A DNA stretch of 64,000 nucleotides, taken from NCBI RefSeq assembly GCF_009914755.1, contig NC_060930.1; one strand, 5' to 3'. How positions within the stretch are numbered: position 1 is the stretch's first letter; every line of letters starts with the position of its first letter. The position numbers and the translations under genes are program-made. Shown piece after piece: positions 1 to 11,803 of the stretch. Origin of the DNA: the human T2T-CHM13v2.0 reference genome, Homo sapiens. A model generated the notes under the pieces. The model was not told the DNA's origin. It ran no database searches and saw only the letters and a program-made list of their open reading frames with translations.

Positions 1-584
1 GGGAGGTAGATGGCAGCAAGAGGAGAGAGGCAGCCAGGCTCTCCCTCTATCCTCACCTGCCTAGTCTCATCCATCCTCCTTCCCCAGGAATGTAGCCATG
101 GACTCAAACCATTTCAGCTCACCCTAGAGCCCCCTGTGAGAGTGGGCCCACAAATAGCCATGTTTTACAGACAGGAAACTTCAGTGAGGGCTGGTGGCTG
201 ACCCAACCAGCAAGTGAGATGGAGCCAGGCCTCAAACACATGTCTCCATACACCATTTACACCTCATCTCTCACCAGTGGGGTGAAGGCAGAGAAAGAGC
301 TTCCGGAGGGTCCTGGGCAGGGGTCCCACTGGCAGAGGAGTCAGAGAGCACAGGCTGCATTAGGTCCCACAGGGAAGAAGAGGCAAGGAGGGGGACACAG
401 GTGAGAAAGAGCTGGGCCTACTCAGGGAGTTGACGCTGATGAGGAGGGATGGTTTGGGCCACAGAGGACGTCAGAGACATCAGCACTAGGCCACAGAGGC
501 CTCAGGAAAGATGAGAAAAGTGAAGACTCAGCCCAGAGAAGAGAAGGTCAAATCTCTTTGTGAATTAAATGTTATTATATTTCC

Positions 585-690
585 AGTCTTGTGAGGTCAG
601 TATTATTATTCCTATTCTACAGGTGAGAACACCAAAGCCTATAATATCTCTGGAACTTGCCCAAGTACATGCAGCTAGCAATGGGCAGAG
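585..690 (-). mobile_element. MIR SINE fragment
   Basis: Reverse MIR core-like sequence: attattattcctattctacaggtgagaac...acttgcccaag...cagctag. Confidence 0.6.
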
Positions 691-984
691 CAGCGATCAG
701 CCTGCCCCACACCCAGTCTATCCACCCCTACCCCCAAACTGCTGCATGCAGGAGTCAGCTAGGAATCCCGACTCACCCCAACCCCACCAGCCCTCACCTT
801 CCACACTGCCCATGCCCATGCCAGGAGCTGTTCAACCCCACCCCCTCCAGGAAGCCTCTTGACCAGCCCACCCTAGTTGCCTCTGTCAGACTCCCAGACC
901 AGGCCTTGTGTGTGCCAATATGCAGGCTTCTGGGTCCTAGTCTACTTGAGTAGCTGCATGGGCTCTAGGCTCACACAGCCCTAG

Positions 985-1110
985 CTTTGAAATCTAGCTC
1001 TCAGTTATGCGTGTTGGATCATCTGTGCCTCAGTTTCCTCATCTGTAAAATGGGACTAATAATGGCACTTACTTCAAAGTACAGTAAAGATTTAAAGAGA
1101 TACCACAGGT
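985..1110 (+). mobile_element. MIR SINE fragment
   Basis: MIR core ctgtgcctcagtttcctcatctgtaaaatggg...taataat. Confidence 0.85.
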
Positions 1111-2439
1111 GCAGGATTCACCCAGCGAGGAGTAAAGTGAGGTTCGGAAAAGGTGTGTGCCTTCCCCAGCATCACAGAGTGTACTAGCAGCAGTTAGAAC
1201 TGGTACTTTCTAGCTGAGAGATGAGGAAAGAGGCCCACATTAGAGGCTGCTCCAGATCTCCAGACCAGTGGTCCAGTGCTCCTACTCCTTAGTCATGAAA
1301 TCACAAGGTCTTCATGGTTGTGAGTGCTCAGAGCCAGGCCCTGGGAAGGCCAGAGAGTGACAGCTTCCAGACCAGAGACTCTGCTGCCCACTCTTCCAGC
1401 CCTCATGCTCCCTCTGGGGCTGCCTCTGCCTCACCCTGGTGGTCTGTCTGGGGTGTGGGGCTGTTTGCAACAGGCGCCTATTGTCTGATGGCCTGAGTGC
1501 ACCTGTAGTGTGCCTCGTCCCAGCCTGGTGAGTCAGCTTTTGGCAGGCCATGGGGCAGCCACTCCACATCATCTTAAGCCTGAAAGAGGACCTTTCTTTT
1601 CGTTTTTCTCCTCCTTCCTCTCTCTGCTCTCCATGAAGTGGTCATCTCCGCAGGGCAGCAGGGAATATCATTCTCTGCCAGGATTTCTTGAGTCTGCTTG
1701 GCCAGGAGACAGGGTGGGGCCTAGGAAACAAAGAGAGGGCGGCCTAGGTCTGGCCAAAGCCCTTGGGCTACTTTAGGGCAATGCTTGTGGCCTCAGGCTC
1801 CCCACTGTCAGTGGGGGTACATAAATCAGAACAAGTACAGCAACACTTTACTTATCGAGAGCCCATATACTTGACAACCTCTACCATCTGGACTCAGAAC
1901 TGAGATCAAAAAACTATTGAGCAGACTAAGGGTACACCTGACAATTGTCTGACAAGTGTCTGACAAATAAATGTTAGAGCTTCACTCATCAATTTTTCCC
2001 CTACCTAAATCAGAGCCTATCTACTTCAACCTTACACAGTATTCTAGCAGGCTTGGTTATATAATCCGCATATGTACTAAAAGAATAAAAGGCTGTTAAG
2101 GTTATTCGTATTGACAGCAACAAGGCTGACAGCAAACAGGTGGCAAAGACACAATGATAAAAAGTAGATCTGAGAACTAAAAAATTAAAGCAATCTCAAG
2201 TTATTTGGGGTAGAAGCAAAGCAGATGACATACCCCAGTTCTTAGGGGAATCACTGTTTCACTTCCAGAAGGGGATATTTATAATGGGGTCCTGAGTCTT
2301 CAATGGAAAATGGAATTATGGGCAATTTCTGTTTAAGAAGGTTTGAAAGTATATGATGTATTTTTAATAGGACTTTCAAAGAACATGATTTTGTTTTTCT
2401 GTATGTTTTTGACATTTAAAGAATTAAGCACATTAAGAG

Positions 2440-3130
2440 TTAATAATGGCAGACTAAGTGATTTAGACCAATGCTCCCACTGAGGACAACTAGAACAGCT
2501 GAACAAAATATTCTAAAAGTCCACTTGAAGGCATCAGAGAACTAATTGCTGGGCCATGACTAAGACCTAGAGAGGTATGAGTGGCATTTAAGGCCATTTC
2601 CCTCCTGAGGGTGTGTGCTCTTTTAGGGGGGGTCAGTTGGGAGTCCAAGACGCTGAACAACTCTTTTGACAGCATTGTGGGACTAAGAGGACATGGATTG
2701 AAGTTCCCAGCTTGCCAATGGATTGAAGTTCCCAGCTTGCCAAGAGGTGGAACTTAATGAACTTCCTCTCTTTAAGCAGGGACCCCAAAAGGGCTACACC
2801 CTAGGAGTTATGGGTGAACCACTCACTCAATCCTCAAAACTGAAGTAGGAGATCCTGTATTATTACTGTCCTAGGCACCTGGCTGACACGAATGTGAATC
2901 CTTTCTGAAGGAAGATAACCTCATTCTAGGCTTCATTTTATTTTTACAAATGATGGTATAAATACAGTGTCCAACACATAATCAAAAATAACCATACACA
3001 TAAGAAGTCAGATAACACACTATTAAAAACATCAGAAATAATAGACAACAGAAACAGACCCATAGAGGCCACATGTTTTAGAGTAATCAGCAAAGATTTA
3101 AAGAAACTATGCTTACTAGGTTCAAGGAGA
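2440..3130 (+). mobile_element. Old L1M 5' UTR/ORF1-start fragment
   Basis: L1M 5'-end-like motifs (cttgaaggcatcagagaact, aagaaactatgcttactaggttcaagga); A-rich plus strand. Confidence 0.55.
2693..2742. repeat. Perfect 25-bp tandem duplication
   Basis: atggattgaagttcccagcttgcca twice, identical. Confidence 0.95.
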
Positions 3131-3132
3131 TT

Positions 3133-3668
3133 GTTGTGGTTACTATTGCTGCATAACAAATTACCCCCCAGAACTTAATGGTGTAAACAACAATTTTGTT
3201 TACTCATAATTTGCTGGGTCAGAAATTGAGGAAGGACTTGACTGGGCAGTTCTCACTCACAGTCTCTCATGCAGTTGCTGTCAGATATCAGCTAGGGCTA
3301 GATATCCAAGAGAGCTTCCTTATGTGTCTGGCAGTTGGTGCCAGTTGTTGGTTATGAGCTCAGCTAATGTTGTTAACCAGAGCACCTATACGTGACCTCT
3401 TTCACATAGCAGCCTCAGGGTAGTTGGATGCCTTACATGGCAGCTGGCTTCTCCCAGAGTGAGTATCCCAAAAGAGCCAGGCAGAAGATGCATGACTTTT
3501 TCTGACCTAGCCTCAGAAGTCACACAACATCATTTCTTCCGAGTTCTGTTAGGCACAGGAAGTGACTAAAGCTTCAAGGGGAATAAATTCAAGGGGAGGG
3601 ATAAGAGGCCCTCCTACCTCTCAATAGGAGTACTGAAAAATTTGCAGCCAAATTTTAAAACTTCCACA
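3133..3668 (-). mobile_element. MaLR solo LTR (old MLT1 subfamily)
   Basis: Reverse MLT1 end ctattgctgcataacaaattacccc...aacaac, internal gacctagcctcagaagtcacac, terminal ccaca. Confidence 0.8.
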
Positions 3669-4119
3669 GAGGTAAAAGAATTAAGCTTCTATAGTTAAGA
3701 AAATTCCAGTAGATTGGTGATCTCTTCTGAACAATGAGATGTTCTATACTCTATCCCAATGAACTGCCTATCAGCCTTCTGCCCCAGGAAGATCTCACAA
3801 GCCTGGCTGAGCCAGGTCACATAAACATCTTCACAACACAATGCTTTGCTGCTAGAGGTGGTCAAAATGCAGGTGGCACCCCAGCTCCACATCCACATTC
3901 ACAATGACTCCCCAACCCTCACCCACCCTCGCCCCTCCTGAAGTCTGTTTTCCCCACAGAAGTGGCAAGGAATCTCCTCAGAAAGCCCAAGAAAGCATGA
4001 AATGGCAGAATTAGAAATGATTTCGGGTGGCATATATCTGTCCTTGGGCTTCCCAAACCTGGCTGATCCTTAGTACACTTGCTAAGATGGGAGATTCTCC
4101 AACTGGGAGAAGACATTTG

Positions 4120-5090
4120 CCACTTAAAAACCTGGCAGCGATTAATATGTAAAATAGTCAAGCTCAAGGTTGAGCACTGGAGCCAGAAGAGAGAGAGAGA
4201 GAGAGAGAAAGAAAATAGTCAAGGAACTCCTGTTAATCATCAAGAAAAAGACAGGAAACTCAATAGAAAAAAAAAATGGGCAAAAAATATGAATAGGCAC
4301 ATCATAAAAGAGGGAGTGCAGTGGCTGATGAAGAGATATGCTAATTCACTAGTCATCAGAGAGATGCATGCTTCAAACAATAATATAGCTTCACGCCTAA
4401 GTGAATGGCACAAATTAGAAAGGTGGATCATGCTCAGTATAGGGAGATGGGACTCTTGTGTCCTATAGGCGAGAGGATAAACTAGTACAGCCATTCTGAG
4501 AGCAATCTGTCTGTATCTAGTGAAACTAAATATGTGTATGGCCTGCATCCCAGAATCTCACAAATGGGTCTATAGCAGGGGAGAATGATCATGCAGGAAT
4601 GAAAGAGGACTTGTACATGGTGCTTGTGGCAGCAAAATTTGGGGTAGTAGGAAGTCGGAGGCAACATAAATGTTCATCCCTGGAGGAGTAGATAAGTAAG
4701 GTGGGTGGCTTCTTTCCAAGTGGCAGTTAGAAACAGGCCAGATGTACAGACATAGATCTTAATAGCAATGTTGAATGAAAAAAGTGAGAAACAGAAGGAG
4801 AATTACAGCATAGTACCATTTATATAAATTATAAAACATGCAGAAAACACCACCACCCGGCATACAAAGAAGATGCATATTTAAAGACCTATATCAAACA
4901 CATAGAATGAAGGTCTAGGTCTGGTCGGAAGGCGGGAAGAATGAGAGTGGAAATGTAGGTGAAGGAGAAAAAATACAATGAAAAGTAACATTTCAAGGGG
5001 GCTTTGAATAGACTACTGTTAGGATGCTGGGAATCAATGAGTATAATTGAATCAATTATCTATATCTGAGGTAAAAATAAATAAGTAAAG
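4120..5090 (+). mobile_element. L1ME-type 3' fragment (ORF2 C-terminus and 3' UTR)
   Basis: ORF 4079..4468 contains KWAKNMNRH...MKRYANSLVIREMH, matching the L1 ORF2 C-terminus; A-rich end at ~5075. Confidence 0.8.
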
Positions 5091-5813
5091 CAGATTTCTA
5101 GACTTTAACTACAGGGATTCAGTTTCAATAAGCCTGTAGTGAGCCCAAGAATATGGGCCCTGGTGATTGTCAATGCTCACTCCAACATCCTAGATAGATG
5201 ATCACAGTGGCTACCTGAAAACACCTGGTGATGGGAGCCCATTCCTGTACTAGTGGGCTGTTCCAATTCTTGATAGGACTTCCTAAGGCCAAGATTTACC
5301 TCTCTGTACCTTCCAAACCATTGATCCAAGTTCTGTTCTTCAGAACAAATAAAATAATCAGGTTCCTCCTGCTTCTGCATGCCAGTCCTTTAGTAAACCA
5401 GAGAGAGTCAGCATATTCCTCTCCCATCCCACAGGCACAGGCATCTTGTCCAAACTCGATAGCTCTCCATTCCTCCAGCATCTCCAAGCCCACCAAGGTT
5501 CTCTCCTCTACCCTGCTCCCACCCCAGCCAAGCTGTTCCCCTAGGTCTGTTCTAACTGCCAATGTTTCTCCTCAAACATGGCTCCTCAGAGAGACCCCAC
5601 ACTCCGAGTACAGCCTGACCAGCTCAGAGCATAGCAGAACATATACCTCCTGTCAGGGCCCTGTGTTCCTGTGGGTATAACCTCACATTACAGTCAGTTT
5701 GGTGTTTTTTGTTTGTTTGTTTGTTTTTGTTTTTAATTAGCGCTCAGTGAGTTTATGGTGGGCCAGACTTACAGGTCTTTTTCACTAGAATTGATACAAG
5801 GGCTGCTTTATCC

Positions 5814-5816
<3 letters not shown>

Positions 5817-5846
<30 letters not shown>
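5817..5846. repeat. (CA)n microsatellite
   Basis: About 14 CA units followed by a short TA run. Confidence 0.95.
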
Positions 5847-5848
<2 letters not shown>

Positions 5849-5859
5849 TATATATATGG

Positions 5860-6275
5860 CACAAAAAAATACACAAAAGATATACATACAGTACAAAGCA
5901 AGACCCCAGCCAGCCACTTTTCAGATACACTTTTCTTGTGTATCTGTCTGCAGATGATCTGTACATATACAAACGGAGACACACATTCCTAATCATACAA
6001 AGAGCTGCATAGTCTACACTATCAGTGTGCACTGTCGGGCACCTTGCTTTTTCACTTAACCAGGTATCTTGGGGAATTTTCCTTATCCGTACATAATTCC
6101 TTGGCTCATTCTCTGTATCAGGCCCATAGCCTTCCATTGTGTGGATCTACCTAAAGTATTCAACCAATCCCCTACTGGTGGACATTTTGGTTGTTTCTAG
6201 GCCTTTGCAGCATTTAAGGCCATGTTGCCAGGACTCCTTTTGCACATAAGTCAGCATTTCTGTAGGATCAATCCC
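5860..6275 (-). mobile_element. Old L1M(E/C) 3' fragment
   Basis: Reverse L1 3' motifs: ttgctttttcacttaa, caaccaatcccctactggtggacatt, ggttgtttc. Confidence 0.7.
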
Positions 6276-6299
6276 CATGTGCCTTTTGACTTGATTTTT

Positions 6300-7450
6300 T
6301 TCTCTCCCTAGAGCTGGACTTGTCACTTATGCCTACTGTTGATCTCTCTTGTTGGTTTTACCCATTGTTCCAGGCACTGTCAGGCTAATTTTGAATCCTC
6401 ATTGTGCTGCCAAGCCTGCTCCTCTCAGCTGTGGGTCATCTGCAAACAGAGGGAGGGGAGCTTCTCAGGTCTCCATTCAAGCAATTGATAAAAATGTTGA
6501 GGGGGATGGGGCCAAGGACAAGGGCCGTGAAACAAGCCCTAGAGAATTCCAGGTGTCCATTCATCATTTGTCACCATGGTTGAGTCCCTGCTGTTAGCAT
6601 GGGAGCTGGCCTCACTAGCATATCCTAACAGGCCTATATTACCCTCTTGGCCAAAACTCAGCATTCTCACCTCCAGCAGTCCAGCATCCCAGTGAGAAAG
6701 AGCTGAGGCTGGTTAGCACGGCATTGTTTGCTTCCAGTAGAACCAGCTGGAGGGTCTGGAGAGGAAATCCCTGGAATTTGTGGTCAACAGAGCTGGGGGC
6801 CTGTCCTGCCCAGTTCTAGCGATGTGGTTTGGGGCAAATTACTTAACCTCCAAATGCCTCAGGTTCCTCACTTGCCAACTATGGTAACAAAACCCATCTC
6901 TCCATGTTTTAAGAATATATGAAATTACATGTAAGCAGAAGGGTTCTACTATTTATCTGTCTGTCCATCTGTCTTCTTTATCTATGAATTCACATAATAA
7001 TCAACTCTCAAGTATTCACTGGGAATTGACTTCAAGCTCAGAAGTCTGTCATTTCCTAAATAGAGTCTTCACACTTTTATACATTAGAACATGCTCAGCC
7101 CAGCTTTGGCTTTCTGCCTTCCGTCTGTAGCTGAGGTTTCTGTGCTTATGAGCAGGAGGTCTTTCAGCACTGGAAATGAAAGTCCCTCTAGCCCCAGACT
7201 TGGCCCCATGAAGGGGGCTTGCTCAATCCTAACATCTCTTGTCTTTTCTGGGACTCACCCATCGGATTCACTCTTCTCTGCTGTTGGCTTGTCCCCCCTG
7301 TGGGGGAGAAGTTGGGGCTATTTTTTGCTCCAACAGAGCTAAAAGAAAGAATGCAATTTGAGGTCTTCATCCCTGAGATCTCAGCTCCTTCCTCCAGGGT
7401 GAGCCATGCACTGGTATTTGGCCTAAGTCCATTTTGCCAGATTTTGAACA
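6300..7450 (-). mobile_element. CR1/L3 LINE ORF2 (RT) fossil interrupted by a MIR
   Basis: Minus strand encodes LVLGPIPLNIFIN (~6485-6525), FADD (~6435-6446) and GNDRLLSLKSIP (~7021-7056), matching CR1 RT motifs SVLGPVLFNIFIN, FADD and GNYRPVSLTSIP in the expected order. Confidence 0.8.
6795..6930 (+). mobile_element. MIR SINE fragment inside CR1
   Basis: ggggcaaattacttaacctc...gcctcaggttcctcac. Confidence 0.7.
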
Positions 7451-10209
7451 TGGACTTTCAAAATGGAGGGCTTTTTAGCACCCTGCACCCACCTCCTTCT
7501 ATTTGGCCAAGATGGGCGAGGAAGGGCTCCACTGCAAAACCTGGTGTCTCTCCGGGTTCTCCAAGCCTTCCAAAGTGTAAAGCCATGGGATCCTTTCTTT
7601 TCCATGGAACTGCTTACCAGCAAACCGCTTTCCTGGAGTCCAGGATGCCCATCATCCTCAGGCCCACCTCCTTGTGCTCACTGCTGAGCCTTCTCAATGA
7701 TAAGGCTACTGTCAGTGCCAGCTGATGTGGGTGTGGGCAAGGACCCCATTCAACTCCGCCTCGTTTGTTCAACAATCAAGTATTATGGGCATGTTCTAGG
7801 CCAGACCCTCCATTAGGTTCTGGGATCGCAAAGCAGCCTCCAACCCAGCTCTGGAGAAGACGCACGAAGGCTTCATGAAGGCTTTGCCAGGAGGGGCTGT
7901 GAATCAGGCAGCTGCACGCGCCCAGGCCACAGGGTGGGCCACTTCTGCGAGTTTTCTCTCTGCCAGTTTCATGACCTCCATCAGGTCTCTGGCTCCCATC
8001 CTGCCAGCTCTGGGTTCTGAGATGAGTGGAGCCTTTGTCTGATGGGTAGACTAAGCCTGAGACCCTAGAGGCATCACTTCTTTTCTCAAATGTTTAAACG
8101 GGAGGGGCATGGGGGTAGGAGCAGTTAGGGAGAGCCAGGGCACAACCCCAGGTCTGTGTTCTCCCAGCCCAGGTTCTTTCTATTGTTCCCCAAGCCCTCA
8201 GCCCCGGTCTCACTCCCTTACTCCTCACCTACTTCTATCTCACTGTTTTCTAGAAAGAAGAGGCAGTAGGAAGAACAGGGCTCTATATCAAGCCCTGTTG
8301 CTGAGTGGACTCATATCTCATCAGTCTTGTCCCCCCAGGCTTGTCTCCATGTTTAGCAGTCCAACCTGTGCATGAATGACTAGAAATCAAGAGGAAGGCG
8401 AGCTGTGGCCATGTGAGAGGTATGGTTCCCGGCATTCCACGTTCAGAAGGAAGTGGGCATCATCCAGCTGTTGGGTTCCAGGACAGGCCCTTGAAGGGAA
8501 GGGGTGGCATGGGCATGCAGATGCAGAGGGAGAGGAGAATGCAGGGGGTGAATTGGGAGAAGCCCCTGTTTGCAGTTTGCAGTTTTCCTGCAACATGTGG
8601 TCTTACCTGCCATGAGCTGGGCAGGCAGGGCAGCAGCTGTGCTAGCCTGGAAAGGGCAAGTAAAGCCTGGAATGGTCAGGGTTCATAGCAAGCAGGGCCC
8701 AGCTCTCCAGCAACCTCTCCCAGGGCAGGAGGCATGGGCTCTGGAAGTCTCCAAGTCTTCCTCTGTACATGTGGGTCCCCACATCTGTTCTCTGCAGGCA
8801 GGAGACACATTCTCAGCCTGAGAGGGAAGTTGGGCTTGTCCCTGCTTACAGCACCTCTCCCTGGCGGGCCCAGCTGGCCCAGAGGTGAAGGGTGAGCAGG
8901 CAGGCAGCCTTGGCAATCCAGAGGAGCAGCAGCACACCCTGGGGGCGGCCCGAGCCCTGGCAGCCAACTCTGCTGTCCTTGCAGTGCAGCCAGAGACAGG
9001 AGGGGGCTGCTCAGGGTCCTGCTCTGAAGGATGGGGCTGGAGTTTGACATACTTAGCTTGGGTCGCACAGGAGATAGGGGTGCCCTGGGATGAACCCCTC
9101 TGCCTGGCTGCTGCAGGGCGGCCTAGCAGCAGCTGGAAGAATCAGTTCTGGGCCAGGGCCCTGCCAGAGTTTTCACCCCCACCCAGGGTAGAGCACCTGG
9201 AAGTGCCCCTCAGAGACAAGTCCCTTGATCTCTTGGGGCCCCCATTCCCTCAGGCAGCTCATGGAGGCCTCTCAGGGCTAAATGAGATCATGCGGATGGC
9301 GTGGTTAGGACAGTCTGACACAAGGGCAGTGTTTGTGAGTGTGAGTTGCCGCTACTGTGGTGGTGTCATTAGTAATATTCCTCTACTCTAGGCCACTCCC
9401 CACCCCTGCCTGAGGCAGCTCTTGTCTGATGCCAACTGAGATTAGGGTAATTTGGGTGAGGGCCATGAGGCCGGACTTTGTGTGTGGGGTGGGGGTATGG
9501 GGGAACTCCCCACAAAGAGGCGGCTCCTTCTGGTGGGGCTCAGGGAAGAAAGAGAAGGCCTCAGACAAGATGCTGGATTTCAGGAGGTGGGAATCCTGAC
9601 TCCCAGCTCAGCCTCTGAAGGTGCTGGGTGTCTGAGATGAGTCTGTGTTGCAGGAGTGAGTGTCATGGGGCTTTGGCCACAGAGATGCCACCCAGAAGCC
9701 AGCAGAGGCACCCTGTAGGGGGCCTCCAAGTGGAAAAAGAGCAGGCTTAGGCAATGCATTGTCAGCCACACCACCTCAAAGGCCTTATCTCTCTGAGTTT
9801 ACTGCCTTTGGCTTTTTAAATACTCCAGCCTGGTCCCTGGTGCTAAAAAGAATTAAAGGACAGCACCTGTGTCCATCATTCATTCATTCACTCCTTCCTT
9901 CTTTCAGTGCCTGTAAGATGTAGGATCAACAAGACACACGCCTGCCCTCAGGCTGTGGTGGACACTCCCTTGAACAGGCTCATACCTCTCCCCACAAGAC
10001 CACTGTGAGATGGCATCAGAATCTGGCGAGAGACCCCCATGGGGCAGATCCAGGCACCAAGCTGCCGCTCTTAGTCAGGAAGGTACTTCCAGTGCCAATT
10101 TTGGGAGTTCTGGGCTCATCTTTATTAAACAGGTGGCATTTCCATACTGTCCCATTATCCATCAGGAAAATGGAAGTTTCCTGTTCCTTCTCTGTGTCCA
10201 CATTTGTGG

Positions 10210-10708
10210 ACATTGCCAAAGTTCTGACAATGGCCTACCACCAGCCCCTACAAAATCTAGTCCCTCCTACTTCTCTGATCTCACCTCCCACTACTCTCCC
10301 TCATTCATTCCACACTGGTCTCCTTGCTATTCCTCCAATAAACAGCTCTGTTTCCACCCCGGGGCCTTTGCATGTGCTGCTCCCCCTACAGGGCATGTTC
10401 TCCTCCAGTCATGCACATGGCTCCCAGTTTCAAGTCTTTACTCAAATGTTATCCTCTCAGGGTGGCCTTCCTTGACCTCCCCATTTAAAATTGCATCACA
10501 CCCTACACCCTTCACTCCTGTCCCCTTTCCCTTTATCTTTCTCCAGTGCACCTACCACCCTCTAAAATTGTGTTTAATGTTTGTCACCCTGCACTTGAAT
10601 GCCAGCTCCATGAAGTCAGGGACTTTTGTCAATTTTGCTCACTGCCGTTCTAGTGCCTAGAACAGGGTCTGGCACATAGAAAGTTTTCAGTAAATATGCT
10701 GAATAGGA
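10210..10708 (+). mobile_element. L2 (L2a-like) 3' end
   Basis: gggcctttgcatgtgctg...gctccatgaagtcagggac...gtgcctagaacagggtctggcacatag...taaatatgctgaat. Confidence 0.9.
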
Positions 10709-10949
10709 AAGGGAGGCAATATTCAGAATCTACAAACCCCAAGGAGACTGCAGCATGGTCTCCATGGGGGTGGCAAGTGGCCAGTAAGTCTTGCTGGGGG
10801 GTGACCTGACCTACAGCCATGGGCACATGAGTGGAAGGGCTGCAAGGCAGGGTGCCGAGGGAAGAGCCAAGGGTCATGCCCCTTGTTCCCTTAGTGCCAC
10901 CTCATTCTGGATGCAGCTTGATGTGTCTGTTAGGAAAGGGAAGTTACCT

Positions 10950-11110
10950 TAACTGGGCACCTACTATGTGCCTGGCAAATTTCATGCACTTCCCCTTTAC
11001 AGCAGCCCATGAAGCAGCAGAGGAAGAAACCAAGACCCAGAGAGGTTACTTAACTTGCCTAGAGTCACAGAGCTAGTAAGGGAGGGAGGAGAACTCACAC
11101 CTAGGTCTGA
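10950..11110 (-). mobile_element. MIR SINE fragment
   Basis: gcacctactatgtgcctggc...gaggaagaaaccaagacccagagaggtt...acttgcctagagtcacagagctagtaag. Confidence 0.8.
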
Positions 11111-11682
11111 TTCCTTGCATTACTGTCTACCCCGGGGATGGTGAGAAGGACTCCATAGGCTCAGTTGGAAGAATTAAGAACTTGTGATTCTGCAGAGCGG
11201 TCTCCATGGGGACAGCACGGGTTGATGGGGTGGGCTGAAGCAGCCTGGGCTCCCATATATGCTGTTAGGCACTTCAGTTCCAACCATGGGAAAAATCTAG
11301 GCCCTTTAGCTCCCATCATGGGGTGAATCCCCTACCCTGGGTGAGCGGTGGGAGTTTCTCAAGGCCATCTCAGGGGTCAGGGACAGCTTGACTCAGCTCC
11401 TGCTGGCTGGCAGCTCCCTCTGCTGGACCCAGCCCCAAGGACGAGCTCAGACACAGGGACGCCTCCGTCTGTCTGCACTTGGGCTCTGGCAGCCCCCCCA
11501 CATTGCATGCGGGGCAGTCACATGCAGGGCACCTGCCAGGTCCTCAACGTGTCAAGGGACAGGATCTTCCAGAGGACCTAATCTGGGTGACCTGGGAACC
11601 TTACATGGGGAAGAGAATAGGAAGGAGCTTTGACCACCGCCACTACCACACTCAGCCCAGACACAACGGCTGCATCTGCAGA

Positions 11683-11803
11683 CAGGGGCTGGGTCTCCTC
11701 ATGGGGCAGGGAGCTCCCTATAAGCAGGGGCTGACTCTCCCATCAGACTGGAAACTCCCTGAGGGCAAGGGTTCTGTCTTTCTCCTTCAGACTGGGAGCT
11801 CCT
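11683..11803 (-). repeat. Degenerate ~39-bp minisatellite array (local family)
   Basis: About 3 units such as ggggctgactctcccatcagactggaaactccctgagg. Confidence 0.6.

Noticed and set aside
10005-10660. 156- and 216-aa ORFs
   Set aside because: Lie largely in an L2 3' fragment; no domain or splice support
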